A DNA stretch of 64,000 nt, from positions 24,800,001 to 24,864,000 of the forward strand of contig NC_043000.1 in the NCBI RefSeq assembly GCF_006345805.1, in the 5' to 3' direction. The translations under genes were made by a program, and so were the position numbers. Of the stretch, positions 12,283 through 25,984 are shown piece by piece. The notes beneath the pieces are model-generated. The model saw nothing but the letters and a program-made list of their open reading frames with translations. It was not told where the DNA came from and ran no database searches. The stretch's first letter is position 1, and every line of letters begins with the position of its first letter. Source of the stretch: Octopus sinensis (Eukaryota).

Positions 12283-12533
12283 GGAGGCGCAATGGCCCAG
12301 TGGTTAGGGCAGTGGACTCGTGGTTGTAGGATCGCGGTTTCGATTCCCAGACTGGGCACTGTGAGTGTTTATTGAGCCAAAACACCTAAAAAGCTCCACG
12401 AGGCTCCAGCATGGGGTGGTGGCAATCTCTGCTGTACTCTTTCAGCACTACTTTCTCTCACTCTTTCTTCTGTTGGCCTGCTCGTTGTGACCAGCAATGT
12501 GTAACAACATATGATAGACTGGTTGGTCACGTG
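12283..12533 (+). mobile_element. tRNA-derived SINE (family E)
   Basis: A box TGGCCCAGTGG and B box GGTTTCGATTCC. Exact 18-bp TSD AAAACAAGCCAACAAGTG (12266-12283, 12534-12551). Confidence 0.85.
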
Positions 12534-12804
12534 AAAACAAGCCAACAAGTGAAGATTTATATGGTTGCTCAACCTGCCAGAAATAGCAGCCATACCTCCT
12601 CACATCACACTCTAATGTCTTAATGCAGAAAAGGGTACATTAAGTAAAATATTGCTACATACTTTTAAAAAAACGATGAAGTGAAAGATAAAGCAAGAAT
12701 GCTTTTGAATCACAGGTCAGCTCTACATGGGCTGACCTGGAGATAAACACCAACAAAGATGATGACACCATTACGGGTTTCATTTTTTGTGCTCTCTTGA
12801 CCAT

Positions 12805-13222
12805 AGGCATGGCTGTGTGGTAGAAGTTTGTTTCCCAACCACATGGTTCCAGGTTCAGTCTCACTGTGTGGCACCTTGGGCAAGTGTCTTCTATAACCCT
12901 TGGCTTACCAAAGCCTTGTGAGTAGATTTGGTAGATGGAAACTGAAAGAAGCCCATTGTAAATATGCATATATATCTATGTGCGTGTATCTTTGTGTCTG
13001 TACTTGTCCCTCCCCATCACCACCACCACCACCTGACAACCATTGTTGGTTTGTTTACATCCCTGTAAATTAGTGATTCAACAAAAGAGACTGACAGAAT
13101 AAGAATCAGTCTTTAAAAAAATGCAAATAAGTTCTGGGGTTGATCTTTTCAACAAAAATTCTTCATGGTGGTGGGTGCCCCAGCATGGCCACAGTCTAAT
13201 GACTGAAACAAGTAAAAGATAG
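12805..13222 (+). mobile_element. tRNA-derived SINE family A
   Basis: Head TGGCTGTGTGG...GGTTCAGTC...GGCACCTTGGGCAAGTGTC, a central (TG/TA) spacer, and tail CCAGCATGGCC...GACTGAAACAAGTAAAAGA. More than 10 copies in the window. Confidence 0.88.
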
Positions 13223-14104
13223 GTTAATACTGATTATTATGGCACCCAATTCCATTGTCTTGGCCACCTCCATAGAATTACAGAGAAGCTGCTAAATTGA
13301 TATTTTCTTCCAATATTATTCAAACTTTCTGCATATATTCTATGTTTGCTTTTGCTTTTGTTTCCCATTTTAAAAGAGTTGTTATCAAATTCCAGCCAGT
13401 TTTAATTCTTTCAAGAGAACATTTGGCAACGCTAAAACTAAATCAAATGAAGGTAGTTTTGTGTCTTTATAAATCATATGCATTCAATTTATCTGAACAA
13501 CAACAATGTGAAGAGCTATACAGCTAGCTATATGCTGTGGCTGTCGTTAAGAGCTGGCAGAAATTGTGAAGCTAAAAGGGTTAAGGATATCTAATTAGGC
13601 ATCGTTCCAGTTCCAATGTCTCACCTTCAGGCTGTAGATTAACAGAATAAAGATGTCAAGATGTTGAAACATTCTCTACAAGATTACTGAACTAATATCA
13701 TAAACATCAGGTCATTGCCAATCTATAAATTATGCTAACAGGGTATGTGTATGCGAGCGAGTGAACGTGTGTGTGTGTGTGTATGTGTGTATGTATATGA
13801 AGGTGTCTGTGTGTGTGCCTTTGTTATAAATCAGTGAAATAAATTTTCACAGGAATTCTGTCATTTACTGTAGTGATTACCTCTGTAAATCATCAATGAT
13901 TGATTATCTTGTAAGCCATTTGTGTAATCTAGTGTAATGTTTATGGTCCTGTGAAGATAATTTCTCTCCATTTGTCAGTCAGGAATGAAGTGCTAAAATA
14001 TTCAATTACACGACATTCATTAGCAATATAGAAATTTTATAATTCAAATATGACATTCTCAATCATCATCATCACAACCAAGTGATTTTAATTATGAAGG
14101 CAAG

Positions 14105-14145
<41 letters not shown>

Positions 14146-14749
14146 GCATGTTTAGAAACCTTTCTTAAGTGATGGTTATTTTACAATATATGTTATGATA
14201 ACAGCCACGGTTTACTTGGTCTGTGATGACACTGGTGTCAAGCTAGCATTGGCCTTGCTTCCCCTTGGACATCATCAGTGGAGTGAAGAGAGAAGGTTTG
14301 GATGCTTCAGTAACTCCTATTCTTCTGAAGGTAGGGGGAAATTTATCCAGGTTTGTTTCACGGAGAAGGGCTTACCTAGTACAAAAACATCAATCATAAC
14401 TGGAGAGGGTCCTTAGATTTGGCTTACATACAAAGATGCTTTCTATGAAGAAGGGGCATATCTAGTTGAATAAATTTCACTCTCATAGTGAAGCCATCAT
14501 CATTTAACATCCATTTTTTATGCTGGCATGGGTTGGATGGTCTGATAAGGAGCTAGCAAGCTGGAGAGATTCACCAGGCTCCAATTGTCTGTTTTGGCAT
14601 GCCATTCCTAATGGTAACCACTTTACTGAGTGTACTGGACACTTTTCACGTGGCAACTGGACCAGTGCTTTTTACAAAGTGAAAGGTAGAAATCTATATT
14701 GGTATGGGACTCAGCCAAGATTAAAATATGAGGTACAAAACAAGGTACT

Positions 14750-15135
14750 CTTTTAATTGCTTCAATCATTTGACTGCAGCCATGCTGGCGCACTGCCTTT
14801 AGTCAAGCAAATCGACCCCAAGACTTATTCTTTGTAAGCCTAGTACTTATTCTATTGGAGACTTTTGCCAAACCGCTTAGTTATGGGGACTTAAACACAC
14901 TACCATCGGTTGTCAAGTGATGTTGGGGGACAAACACAGACACACACATACATATATGTATACATATATACGACGGGCTTCCTTCAGTTTCTGTCTACCA
15001 AATCCACTCACAAGGCTTTGGTCAGCCCGAGGCTATAGTAGAAGACACTTGCCCAAGGTGCCATGCAGTGGGAATGAACCTGTAACCATGTGGTTGGTAA
15101 GCAAGCTACTTACCACACAGCCACTCCTGCACCTA
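14750..15135 (-). mobile_element. SINE family A, full length
   Basis: Reverse complement of the family A consensus. Confidence 0.9.
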
Positions 15136-15574
15136 TGGAAAGTTTCTACAATATTTCTTTGGGATTCTAATGAGTCATACCATCACTCAAGAAAATATTG
15201 CTACTACTTCTAAGATATTGATTTCTACCAAAGGTACAATACCTCAAACTTGGGTAGATCAAGGGTAGTCACATAAACTGGCCCCAGTACTTGAATGGTA
15301 TTATATTTTATTAACCATGAAAAGATGAAAGATGAAGTTGACCTTGGAGGAATGTGAACCCAGAATGTAAAGCAGCAGAACAAATACTGCAAAGCATTTT
15401 ACAGCATTTATTTTGCCTCTTTACATTTTAATATTTTGAGTACAAATCTATCTGAGGTCAGCTTGATAAAATAAAGTACCAGTCAAGTACAGGGGTCGAT
15501 GGTGTCAACTAACCTATTTTGCCAAAATTACTGACTTTGTTCCTAAATCAGAAACAACAAGTGATATGTGTTGT

Positions 15575-16270
15575 TAAGGCTGAGAGGTGGAAACCTGAAT
15601 TGCATTATAGCAGCTCAGGAACAAGCCATTAGAACAAATTTAATAAAGACAATCATTGATAAAACTCAGTCATAAAGTAAATGCAAATTGTGTAGAAAAG
15701 GAGATGGAAGTATTACTCATCTTCTAAGCAAGTACAGTAAACTATCAGAAAAAGAGTATAAACACAGACGTGGATGTATTTATGATTTGTAAAAGAGTTC
15801 ATTGAAATGATAGAATTTTGAAGTGAGAGAAAAGTAGTATGCACAGAATTCAGAGATTGTGATGGTGAATGATTACAGGACTTTATGGGATTTCCTTACA
15901 GAGACTATTGAAGCAAGGAGGCCAGATACAATTGTAGAAAACAAATCCACCCCACAAAAAAACAAAACATACTTTATGATCACTGATTTGCAATCCTATA
16001 CAATAGTGTTGTTGAACTTGAGAAAGCCCCCCAAAAATATCAGGACCCAGGCAAAGAGATAAAGAAACTAGAACACAAGAATGAAAATAGTTTCTGTGAA
16101 AATTGGTTGGCGCACTCAGTACAACATCCTAATTATTGCCAAAGATGCTGAATTATAACGGAATTGAGACACAAACTGTTCAAACCGCAGAAAAGCACCA
16201 TTCTGTATTCTGTATGAATCCCCAGAAAGATTCTTGAGATTTGAAAAGACTTGTTGTCACCAGACCTCAG
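15575..16270 (+). mobile_element. Decayed R4/Dong-clade LINE 3' part (zinc knuckle plus restriction-like endonuclease)
   Basis: IAAQEQAIRTNLIKTIIDKTQS*SKCKLCRKGDGSITHLLS...EKEYKHR, then LWDFLTETIEARRPDTIV. These resemble R4-clade AAQEQA / CRLC..H / WDF..RRPD motifs. Stops and frameshifts are present. Confidence 0.82.
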
Positions 16271-17510
16271 GATAACATCTCTACACAAAGGCTATTACAT
16301 GCCAACTAAATTAGCATGTAGAAGCATTTGTACAACAGTAACAACATCAGCACCAACAATAAAGTTAACTAAATGCTAACACAAGTGAAACTGAAATCTA
16401 TAAAAATACATTTTTGCATGCAGCCAATATTGTATCCAGTCCAGTGTTCTGGATTAAGTCTAAGCCACTAATTATATTTGAAAAATTAAATTGTTAGATG
16501 GCCAGGAGATTATTCTCTGTTCCATGGCTTTTAACATTTGAATTTATTTTTTGGTCTCACACACTTAATGTTATATTTTAAACTCTGACCAGGCTAGAAG
16601 CTGGCCACATCCATATAACAATTTATGAAGCCAAATTGTTTTTTGCACATTCTTTTCCTAGGAATAGTTCATCTAAGATCATACTGTCAAATGTATCTTT
16701 TTTACTAAAATAGTAGAGAGGAATTTAAGGGAGATTTTGCTATCATTTATAGCAGGTCAAACAACTGCACAGAGCTTAACCATTCATCGACTGAATATAT
16801 TTTGAATACTATGTCTCACTTATTAAAAAGAGATTTCAGAACAAAAACTAAACAGTAGCTAAAAACAAAACAGATTTGAGTAAAGTCGCTTGTTCAGCTT
16901 TCTAGCTATCATCCCAGAACTTAAGCTTAAATTGTGAACAACAAATTGATTTTTATTTGAAGCGAAGCAAAACAAAAGAAGAAATAGAATAGATACAGAA
17001 TATTTCCATTAACTGTTTTAAAAAAAACTGTTTCAGAAGAATAAGGTGGAACATTTCCCTCCACGAAAAGGAAAAATATTTTTTCTGTTTAAAGTGTAAA
17101 AAATGGCTCAGAAAAAAATGGTAGACAAAGTCTGATAATGCAGAATGGATTGTCCATTAGAAAGTATGTGCACCGATCAGCTGAGAGCAGAAAATGAAAT
17201 AAAAACGGTAATAGGAATCAATCTCCAGCATCAGGCATAATTGAGTTTCAAGTCATCAAATTTCTTTAGCATTAAATTATATTATATGATAAAAAGATTG
17301 CTAGATATATATTTGTTATTTAAAAGGAAAGTGAATGTGTATGAAAGACATTATTGGAAAATACTAGAATCAAGGCTGAAGAACAATGAAATGTACTGAG
17401 ATTACAGTTGTGGCATTTGAAGATGATTGAAATTATACTGAATGTGATGAAGTTCTTTGAAAGATCTTAACTTACAGTACAAATCAAAAGTTAGAAAACT
17501 TTTACTATCA

Positions 17511-17684
17511 TAATGGTTTCAAATTTTGGCACAAAGCCAGTAAGTTTGAGGAAGTGGGTAAGTTGTAACTGGTACTTATTTTACCGACTCTGAAAGGATG
17601 AAAGGCAAAGTTGACCTCGGTAGAATTTGAACTCCCATCATAAAGAAGGTTAATGTGCTAATAATTCTGTCAGCTCACTGCCTG
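17511..17684 (-). mobile_element. SINE family B variant
   Basis: Core GAAAGGATGAAAGGCAAAGTTGACCTCGG. 14-bp TSD AACTTTTACTATCA (17497-17510, 17685-17698). Confidence 0.85.
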
Positions 17685-17749
17685 AACTTTTACTATCACA
17701 GATTGGTACAGTCATTACGTAATTAGACAGAATACCTTACATATTAGGA

Positions 17750-17906
17750 TTTTTTTATTTAGTTTCAGCTCGTGAGCTGTGGCCATGCTGGGGCACTGCC
17801 ATTAAAAGCAAAGTCGACCTCGGAATTTGAACTCGAAATTTAAACACAGGCAAAAAACTGCTAAGCATTTAACCCGGCATGCTAATGTCACTGCCAGCTC
17901 GCTGCC
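17750..17906 (-). mobile_element. Chimeric SINE: family B head plus family A-type tail
   Basis: TSD (CC)TTACATATTAGGA (17735-17749, 17905-17919) encloses the B head joined to GGCAGTGCCCCAGCATGGCCACAGC...CTGAAAC. Confidence 0.75.
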
Positions 17907-18424
17907 TTACATATTAGGACGTTGACTTAACAATCATAAAGTTATGGGTTCCATTTTGAGAGCAGACAGCATATTATGTCCCCAAACAAAGTACATCATT
18001 TCACATTGCTTTGGTCCCTTTTGTTGAAAATGAATATTGACCAACTGCCTGTACAGCCGTCTCTCATTCCAGTTATTGTGTCCTTAGTGTTCCACAGGGT
18101 CAAGGGTGCCAGAGCTCAGTAGGTATCTATATGTCATAATCATCCTTTAATGTCCATTCTCCATGCTGGCATGGGTCAGACGGTTTGCCAGGAGCCAGAC
18201 TAGGTTCCATTGTCTGTTTTGGCATGGTTTCTACAACTGGATGCCTTTTCTAATGCCAACCACTTTGCAGAGTGTACTAGGTGCTTTTTATGTGGCACTG
18301 GTACCAGTAGTTTTTACATGGCACCAGCAATTTTTAAATGGCACCAACTCCATTGTTTGATCAATGAAATTTTAAAAAATAATAAAAGAGTCCAGTCAAA
18401 TATTAGAGTATATATAAGTGACTA

Positions 18425-18740
18425 GGCTTCTTTCCACCGTATTTCTGTCCTGCAATTGAGAGATATGTTGTCTTCTTCCAGGTTTCACAGGCATAGGTGG
18501 CTGTTGGTCTAGCAGTAGATGAGTACAAGTGTATGTATGTGTGTGTGTATATATATATGTGCATATGTGTGTGTGTATAAAATGTGTGTAAACAAGATGT
18601 GGCGCAATATGTTCTGGGATGACATGACAGCAATGGGAGTTGGCCCAAGTGGAGCCAGGAGCAAGGCAAACAATCAGGATGTCCGGAAAAGGGTCATTGC
18701 ATGTGGAGCTGACAGTACTGGAGGGTCTAAGACCTAAGAG
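18425..18740. mobile_element. Two RTE fragments in opposite orientation
   Basis: Minus strand LYSSTARPTATYACETWKKT (18440-18535). Plus strand KMWRNMFWDDMTAMGVGPSGARSKAN...* (18590-18737), which resembles an RTE C-terminus. Confidence 0.6.
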
Positions 18741-19468
18741 AGCTAAGGTGTATATGTATGCTAAATTCTATACATTTAATATTTTATAGTGCCACTCCAT
18801 TACCAATCTTTGTTTCTGTCAATGTGTGGAGGGCTGTAATAAAAAACAACAATAAAATAAAGCCTAAAAAGTTCTCTAAAATGAAAATAAATAACTAAAT
18901 GAAGAAGCTAAGAGATGCAGATAAGCTGAGCTGAGATCTCACACTATCTTAACCATTTTAATTAACAATACCAGTTTAGCAAGTAAAGTGACCAAAAATA
19001 AAGTCTTACATGGATCAACATTACATTACAACTGTTACTAGTAAGATATGCAGTCAATTAGTTAAGATCTGGTTATACAGATCTGTTAGAAATCTATATT
19101 TTCTCATTCTGTTCATTGATGTATACATTCTCCGAAGCTAAGTAGAGCAGCAGGGAAATAAAACAAAAGCTAAATAACAAAGAAGAACGAAAATATATAT
19201 AAAAAATAAACTAAACTTCAATCATTATTATTATTATGCAGCTGTCTGTCTTGTCTACCTTCTCTGCATCTCTTACCAATCCAATCGAATCCCATCCCAC
19301 CCACCCATCCATCCATCTATCTACCTATGTATGTATGTATGTATGTATGATGTCTTGTTTCTCTGTTTGTTTTTTCGTTGTTCAAAAAAAGTTTGTTTCT
19401 ATGTTTTTGTTTTTATGTTTTCATTTTTCATTGTGTTCAACGTTTTTTGGATGTCCTGTACCCATATA

Positions 19469-19471
<3 letters not shown>

Positions 19472-19529
<58 letters not shown>

Positions 19530-19655
19530 TATATATATATATATATATAATATACATATATATATATACATATACATATATATATATAATATACATATAT
19601 ATATATACATATATATATATACATATACATATATATATAATACATATATATATAC

Positions 19656-19705
<50 letters not shown>

Positions 19706-19799
19706 ATATACATATATATACATATACATATATATATATATATATATTATATATATACATATACATATATATATATACATATACATATATATATATATA

Positions 19800-19850
<51 letters not shown>

Positions 19851-19935
19851 TATATACATATACATATATATATATATATATATTATATATATACATAGGT
19901 ATGTACATATACGTATGTATATATGCATATATTTA
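19472..19935. repeat. Compound (TA)n/(TACATA)n microsatellite
   Basis: Direct reading; it is the source of the YIYI 'ORFs'. Confidence 0.97.
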
Positions 19936-20437
19936 TATATTATTTATAGTATTATATGATCGAACGCCACACATCCTTTTCCAAGTATGTATGTATGTAT
20001 TATGTAAGTATGTATGTATCTATGTATCTATCTATCTCCATTTATCTCTATCTATCTCTCTATCTGTCTATCTATCTATCTGCTTCACTTTCTCTTTCTA
20101 ATATATATATTTTTGGTGGGGATTCTTAATACAAGCACCAACTGGTACTGGGGTCAGTTACCTCCCCTAAAATTTCAGGCCTTGTGCTTAAAGTAGAAAA
20201 AAGTTATTATTAAGCAGTGAGCTGGCAGAATAATTAGTGCTGGGCAAGTGCTTAGTGGTATTTATTTTATCTTGATGTTCTGCAGTCAAATTCTGTCATA
20301 GTCAACTGTGCTTTTCTTCCTTTTGGCATTGATAAAAATAAATACCAGTTGAGCACTGGCCTCAATGTAATCAACTGGCACCCTCCCACAAAATTTCAGG
20401 CCTTGTGCTTATAGTAAAAAGGGTCAATGTTATTATT

Positions 20438-20750
20438 GTTACTTCCACCTTAGCAAAGGTGGAGGTATTGCTTTCAGTTGCGTTTGTTTATTTGTTTGTT
20501 TGTCCATGGACAAGATATCTCAAGAACAGATGGATGGATTCGGATGAAACTTTCTGGGATGTTTGACCTCATGACTGGCATGAACTGATTAGATTTTGGG
20601 ATCAATCTGGTACCAGACAAGGATTCTAGATTATTTTTCTGGTTTTTTTACTTAATTTTTGAGAGCAGTCGGGTTCATTTTCAGTACTCTCGTTTGTGAG
20701 AGCAGTTGAGTTTATTTCAGATATTCTCATTTTAAAAATCATCTCCAGCT
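20438..20750 (+). mobile_element. Helentron-associated (HINE/DINE-1-like) element, partial
   Basis: TTACTTCCACCTT..AAGGTGGAGGTA short inverted repeat at the start, (TGTT)n, then CAAGATATCTCAA...GGATTCGGATGAAACTT, as in DINE-1-like elements. Confidence 0.65.
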
Positions 20751-21118
20751 AATTTATAGTGGTGGACTGGCCTGTTGCATGCCACTACACTATTGAAGTT
20801 GCCATGCAGCTTACAGAACTACAAGCCAGTGGATGGGTGGAGTGGGTCTATGAGCTTCATGCTAGAGGATGAGATAATTGACCTGCAGTAGAAGCACAAA
20901 TCACAAAATGTTGGGGAAAAGGAAGAGTCAATTACTTCAACCCTAGTGTTCAACTGGCATTTATTTTATTGACTCCGAAAGGATGAAAGGCAAAGTCGAC
21001 CTCAGCAGGATTTGAACTCAGAATGTAAAGCCAGGTGAAACAACATTAGGCATTTTCTCCAGCATGCTAATGATTCTGCTAGTTCAATACCATAATAACA
21101 ACAACAACAATAATAATA

Positions 21119-21560
21119 ATTGACATAACTGTATCTATCAAGACCTGCCAAAAACTGAGCAAGTATAATGATCTTGAAATAGAAATCGGCAAAATGTGGA
21201 ACCACAAGATTAAAACAATAGCTGTTGTCATAGGTGCCCTAAGAATTATAGCAAAAGGGGCTGATTGCTACCTAGCTCAGATACCAGGAAACCCCAAAAT
21301 GGCAGAAATTCAAAACATAGTGGTCATGGGAACTGCCCATATCCTATGTAAAATACTGTCTATGTAATCTCAAATTTTAAAACAAACTTATAATTTTCTT
21401 ATGTTTCCTTAAACGTTCTCTAGAACAAAACTATGTACAAAACCAAGTATATGGCACCCTAGGCATAACACCAACTTGAACTTCTAACTTGTTGTCTCTT
21501 GAGGTCTCTGGGTGAGACTTGGATTCAACTTGTACAAATACAATGCAAAAGTCAAACATA
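21119..21560 (+). mobile_element. R4/Dong-clade LINE 3' end inserted in (AAT)n
   Basis: Open frame 21122-21367: QKLSKYNDLEIEIGKMWNHKIKTIAVVIGALRII...EIQNIVVMGTAHILCKILSM*. Flanked by AAT repeats. Confidence 0.88.
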
Positions 21561-21577
21561 TAATAATGATGATGATG

Positions 21578-21720
21578 ATCTTGGAACCGCCCGAATATTC
21601 CGGCAGGTGCTCAAAAAATAAGAGGTGTTACCTTAGTTCACTGGCAGTGCACAGCTGACACTGTAGTACATCTCCAGTGTAGTACAACGTTAGAAGCTGT
21701 GCAAAGGCAATAATAATAAT
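21578..21720 (+). mobile_element. Extreme 3' end of a second R4/Dong-like family
   Basis: LGTARIFRQVLKK*, a short UTR and an (AAT)n tail. Confidence 0.7.
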
Positions 21721-22410
21721 GATGATAATAAAAATCATGGGCTTTCTATATTTGTACCCCAGTGTCACTTTGATGGTATGCATTGCTCTCTCACTCAATA
21801 ACATTAATAATAACCATCACCAGCACCACCACAACCACCGCCACCATTTAGTCAACCACAACTTGCATTCATGTTAGTTCTGGAGATTTTCTTTGACTCA
21901 TAACACTCTAAGTAAGTAAAGAAAGGCATGAATGCCATACAATCCTCTTTTTTGCTAAACCCGACGTCTTCAGGCTCTGTAAGAAATCAATAATATTGAT
22001 TTGCTATGGATGTCAATGTTTGTAGTATCATAACAGTGGTTTTATAGATATTTTAATCTGAGAAACAAAACCATTCAATAGACAGTGTTTTGCTTTGTCA
22101 TCAGAGAAAGGAATTGGAAACATCTATTACGCAGAAGTCAATGATTAAATAATATTCTTTGATTATCCATGACATCAATGGTTTTAAGCCAATCTTCCTA
22201 TACCAGCATGACGAGGATTCAGTTGTGGGTGATGGTTGGTGAGTCTTTTTATTATAGAAATCTTTTGCGTTTACAAAACACGGTTTTGATTTGTAAGATT
22301 TACAAAGATCTTAAGACTTTGTATATTCTTTGTCACTTTTTCTACCTCTTTAATCATCAGCTTTCTTCCTTTTCTCTTTCTCTCTTCTTCTTTCACAAAC
22401 ACCCACAAAC

Positions 22411-22772
22411 AGATATATATATATATATACACACATATATACACATATATATACATATATATACACATATATATATATATATACACATGTATACACACAT
22501 ATATATATATACACATGTATATATACATATATATATATACATGTATATATATACATATATACATATATATACATGTATATATAGATATATATATACATGT
22601 ATATATATATATACATATATATATATACATGTATATATGTATATATATATACATATGTATATATATATACATATATATAAACATATATACATATATACAT
22701 ATATATATACATATATATACACACATATATACATATATATATACATATATATACACACATATATATATATAC

Positions 22773-22819
<47 letters not shown>

Positions 22820-22975
22820 CATACATACATATATACATACATAAATACATATATGCATGCATACATAAATACATACATATATACATGCATAAATACCTAC
22901 ATAAATAAAATCATACATACCTAAATACATACATAAATACACACATATATACACACATACATACACACACACATA
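22411..22975. repeat. Compound (TA)n/(CA)/(TACA)n microsatellite
   Basis: Direct reading. Confidence 0.97.
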
Positions 22976-23447
22976 TGAATACCAGAAAGTCTTTCAAATA
23001 TGATGTCATGTTGAGTGTCAGTTCATTAATCTCTGTTGATTCATTGTAGATACAAAACTTCAATATCTTTAACCACAATAAATGTTAACTCAAATGCTGA
23101 TAAAACACCAATCCTCATCTCTCTGCTTCTCTCTTCCATGCCAAAACACAACTGTCTGTATCTCATAAAATGATCTTAGTCTTACACACACATACATATA
23201 CATATATATGCACCATCACACACATTTGCATATATATATATATGCATGTACATGCATACACACATCCATATATAAGTTTGGAAGAACAGGCAGGAGAAAT
23301 AGAACTCAATACAGGAGTGTATATAACTATCTATTATTTTTAATTGGCAGAAAGTTATAAAAGTAACTCGAAGGCCAAGAGTTTCATGCATGGCACTTAT
23401 AAAACTAACAGTTAAAATTAATTGAAAAGTATATGCATATATATATA

Positions 23448-23775
23448 TCATCATCATCGTTTAATGTCAGTTTTCCATGCTAGCACGGGTTGGATGGTTT
23501 GACTGGGGCCTGGGAAGCCAGGAGGCTGCACTAGGCTCCAATCTGATCTGGCAGTGTTTCTACAGCTGGATGTCCTTCCTAACGCCAACCACTCCATGGG
23601 TGTAGTGGGTGCTTTTTACGTGCCACCGGCACAGGTGCCAAGCGAGGCTGGCAGCAGCCACGAACAGTTGGTGCTTTTTACATGCCACCGGCACAGGGAT
23701 CACAACTCCAATTTCCATTTGATATTTATTTTGATGTTGATGTTAAGTACTTGACTCAATAGGTCTCCTCAAGCA
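23448..23775 (-). mobile_element. RTE 3' UTR copy
   Basis: Reverse complement of ~2075-2460. Confidence 0.85.
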
Positions 23776-23816
23776 CATTGTATTGCTTCGGCAATACATA
23801 TTCTAAATGCATATAT

Positions 23817-24003
23817 ATAGGCACAAGAGTGGGTGTGTGGTAAGTAGCGTGTTTACTAACCACATGGTTCTAGGTTCACTCAGTTTCACTACATAGCACT
23901 TTGGGCAAGTGTCTTTTACTATAGCCTCGGGCCAACTAAAGCCTTGTGAGTGAATTTGCTAAACAGAAACTGAAAGAAGCCCATCTTGTATGTATGTGTA
24001 TAC

Positions 24004-24057
<54 letters not shown>

Positions 24058-24262
24058 ATGTTTGTGTGTCTGTGTTTGTCACCCCACCGTCACTTGACAA
24101 CCGATGTTGGTGTCTTTATGTCACCATAACTTAGTGGTTCGGCATAACAGACCAATAGAATAATTATTAGGCTTACAAAGAATAAATCCTGGGGTCAATT
24201 TGTTTGACTAAAGGCGGTGCTCCAGCATGGCCGCACTCAAAAGATTGAAACAAATAAAAGAA
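23817..24262 (+). mobile_element. SINE family A, full length, with expanded (TA)n spacer
   Basis: Matches the family A consensus. An RTE 3' end follows at 24270-24447. Confidence 0.88.
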
Positions 24263-24471
24263 TATATATAAAAAGCACCCACTACACTCATGGAGTGGTT
24301 GGCGTTAGGAAGGGCATCCAGCCGTAGAAACATTGCCAGATCAAACTGGGCCTGGTGCAGCCTTCTGGCTTCCCAGACCCCAGTTGAACCGTCCAACCTA
24401 TGCTAGCATGGAAAGCGGACGCTAAACGATGATGATGATGCTGATGATATATATATATAATACAAAAATGG

Positions 24472-24502
<31 letters not shown>

Positions 24503-25005
24503 GCCTCTATAAACCCCCGACCAGTGCAGAAACATGTGTAGCATTGATTAAAAATATCTTCTTTCCCTACAGACTAATAACAGGTAAGTTATATAGATTT
24601 TCTCAAATATTCTTTCAAATAATTCTATTGTATTTTATAGTAAGTTTTCTAAATGCTTATATTATTTTATTGAATATAACTTTCTATGTGTATTCCATAC
24701 AATAAGGTTATCCTGAAATAGGAGTTGCGGTTCTGTTGGTAAAATCCTAAATTTGTAATAATATATATATACACACACAGTATATAATTATATTAATTAT
24801 ATACTGCTTATTATTATGTACTTTATTGTGATTTAGGTAAATGTTTTATCATATATTTTATTTTTTCTGTATGGTATGATTTACGTCTATCATTGTTTGA
24901 ATTACATAATAGTGGTTTTTCTCCAATTTATATATATATTTATATTGTGAAATTTGATTTAATACTAAATTGAATTTTTTCTTGTAAGTTTGGAATTATA
25001 CTCCC

Positions 25006-25041
<36 letters not shown>

Positions 25042-25643
25042 CATATATATTGCATGCACACACATATCCTGATCATCTGATTATCAAAAAGTTATTCACT
25101 TTAGCAATCAGATTCTTAAAGTCAAAACTTAATATCATTTCATATCTCAAAATGTGTAGACACTTAATCATGATGGTAAGAGAGACAGACAAGATAGGGA
25201 AATGGAAAATTTTCAGATATGGTGTTTTTGAATTGGGTATGAGTGAAGTTAGAAGGCTGTGATAGGATAAGACTTGGATAGGGGATAACATTTTAATTCT
25301 CTATAGAGATAAACAATTTCAGATTGCTAGATAAGGTAGCTTCAAATTTGTTAGTGAACTGAGAACCTGTACATGACAGAATCATCACCAAGGCCAGATT
25401 AAGACCCATTGAGGCCCTAAGCACTTAAAAAATTTTATTGCCCCATATGTATGTAATTCAAAATATATATAATAATAATAAACCATAAAATAAATTTTTA
25501 TTTTTCAAAATGAAACAAAGCTAACATTAAGATGGGAAAATAACATTTATTTGTGTCTATTTCTACTTTATTCATATCTGAAAAGTTTTCTCTTATTCTT
25601 TTTAACTGCAAAGTTTTTGATGTGAAACGAAATGCTTTGTTAA

Positions 25644-25858
25644 CCCTTTAGCATTTAAACTGGCCCCCACATCTGGCCCAAATATTCTCTCTGTTTTATG
25701 TTCAAGCCAGCCAGATCCAGCCTCTTACACCTACCCTACAATGTCATTCTTAAAATAAACCATCACATCATTGACATCTTGAAGCTATGAGATACAGCAT
25801 GATTAATTCAAAATGATGTGAAAAATAAGCATTACATTTGCCAATCTGAATGCTAGAG
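25644..25858. mobile_element. piggyBac-like MITE
   Basis: TTAA|CCCTTTAGCATT...AATGCTAGAG|TTAA. A second copy is at 44777-45211. Confidence 0.72.
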
Positions 25859-25984
25859 TTAAAGAACAAAATGCTCTACCTACACCACGAATTGAATCTT
25901 ATGACTTTATGATGATTCGTCCAACATCCTAAATGCTAGGAGATGGGAAAAAAACCTTCTCAAGACTTTCATGTATTCAGTGGC

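Noticed and set aside
19236-22972. Long ORFs of 100-256 aa ([12 protein letters not shown]-rich), also at 51478-52158
   Set aside because: They are translations of (TA)n/(CA)n microsatellites, which lack stop codons.
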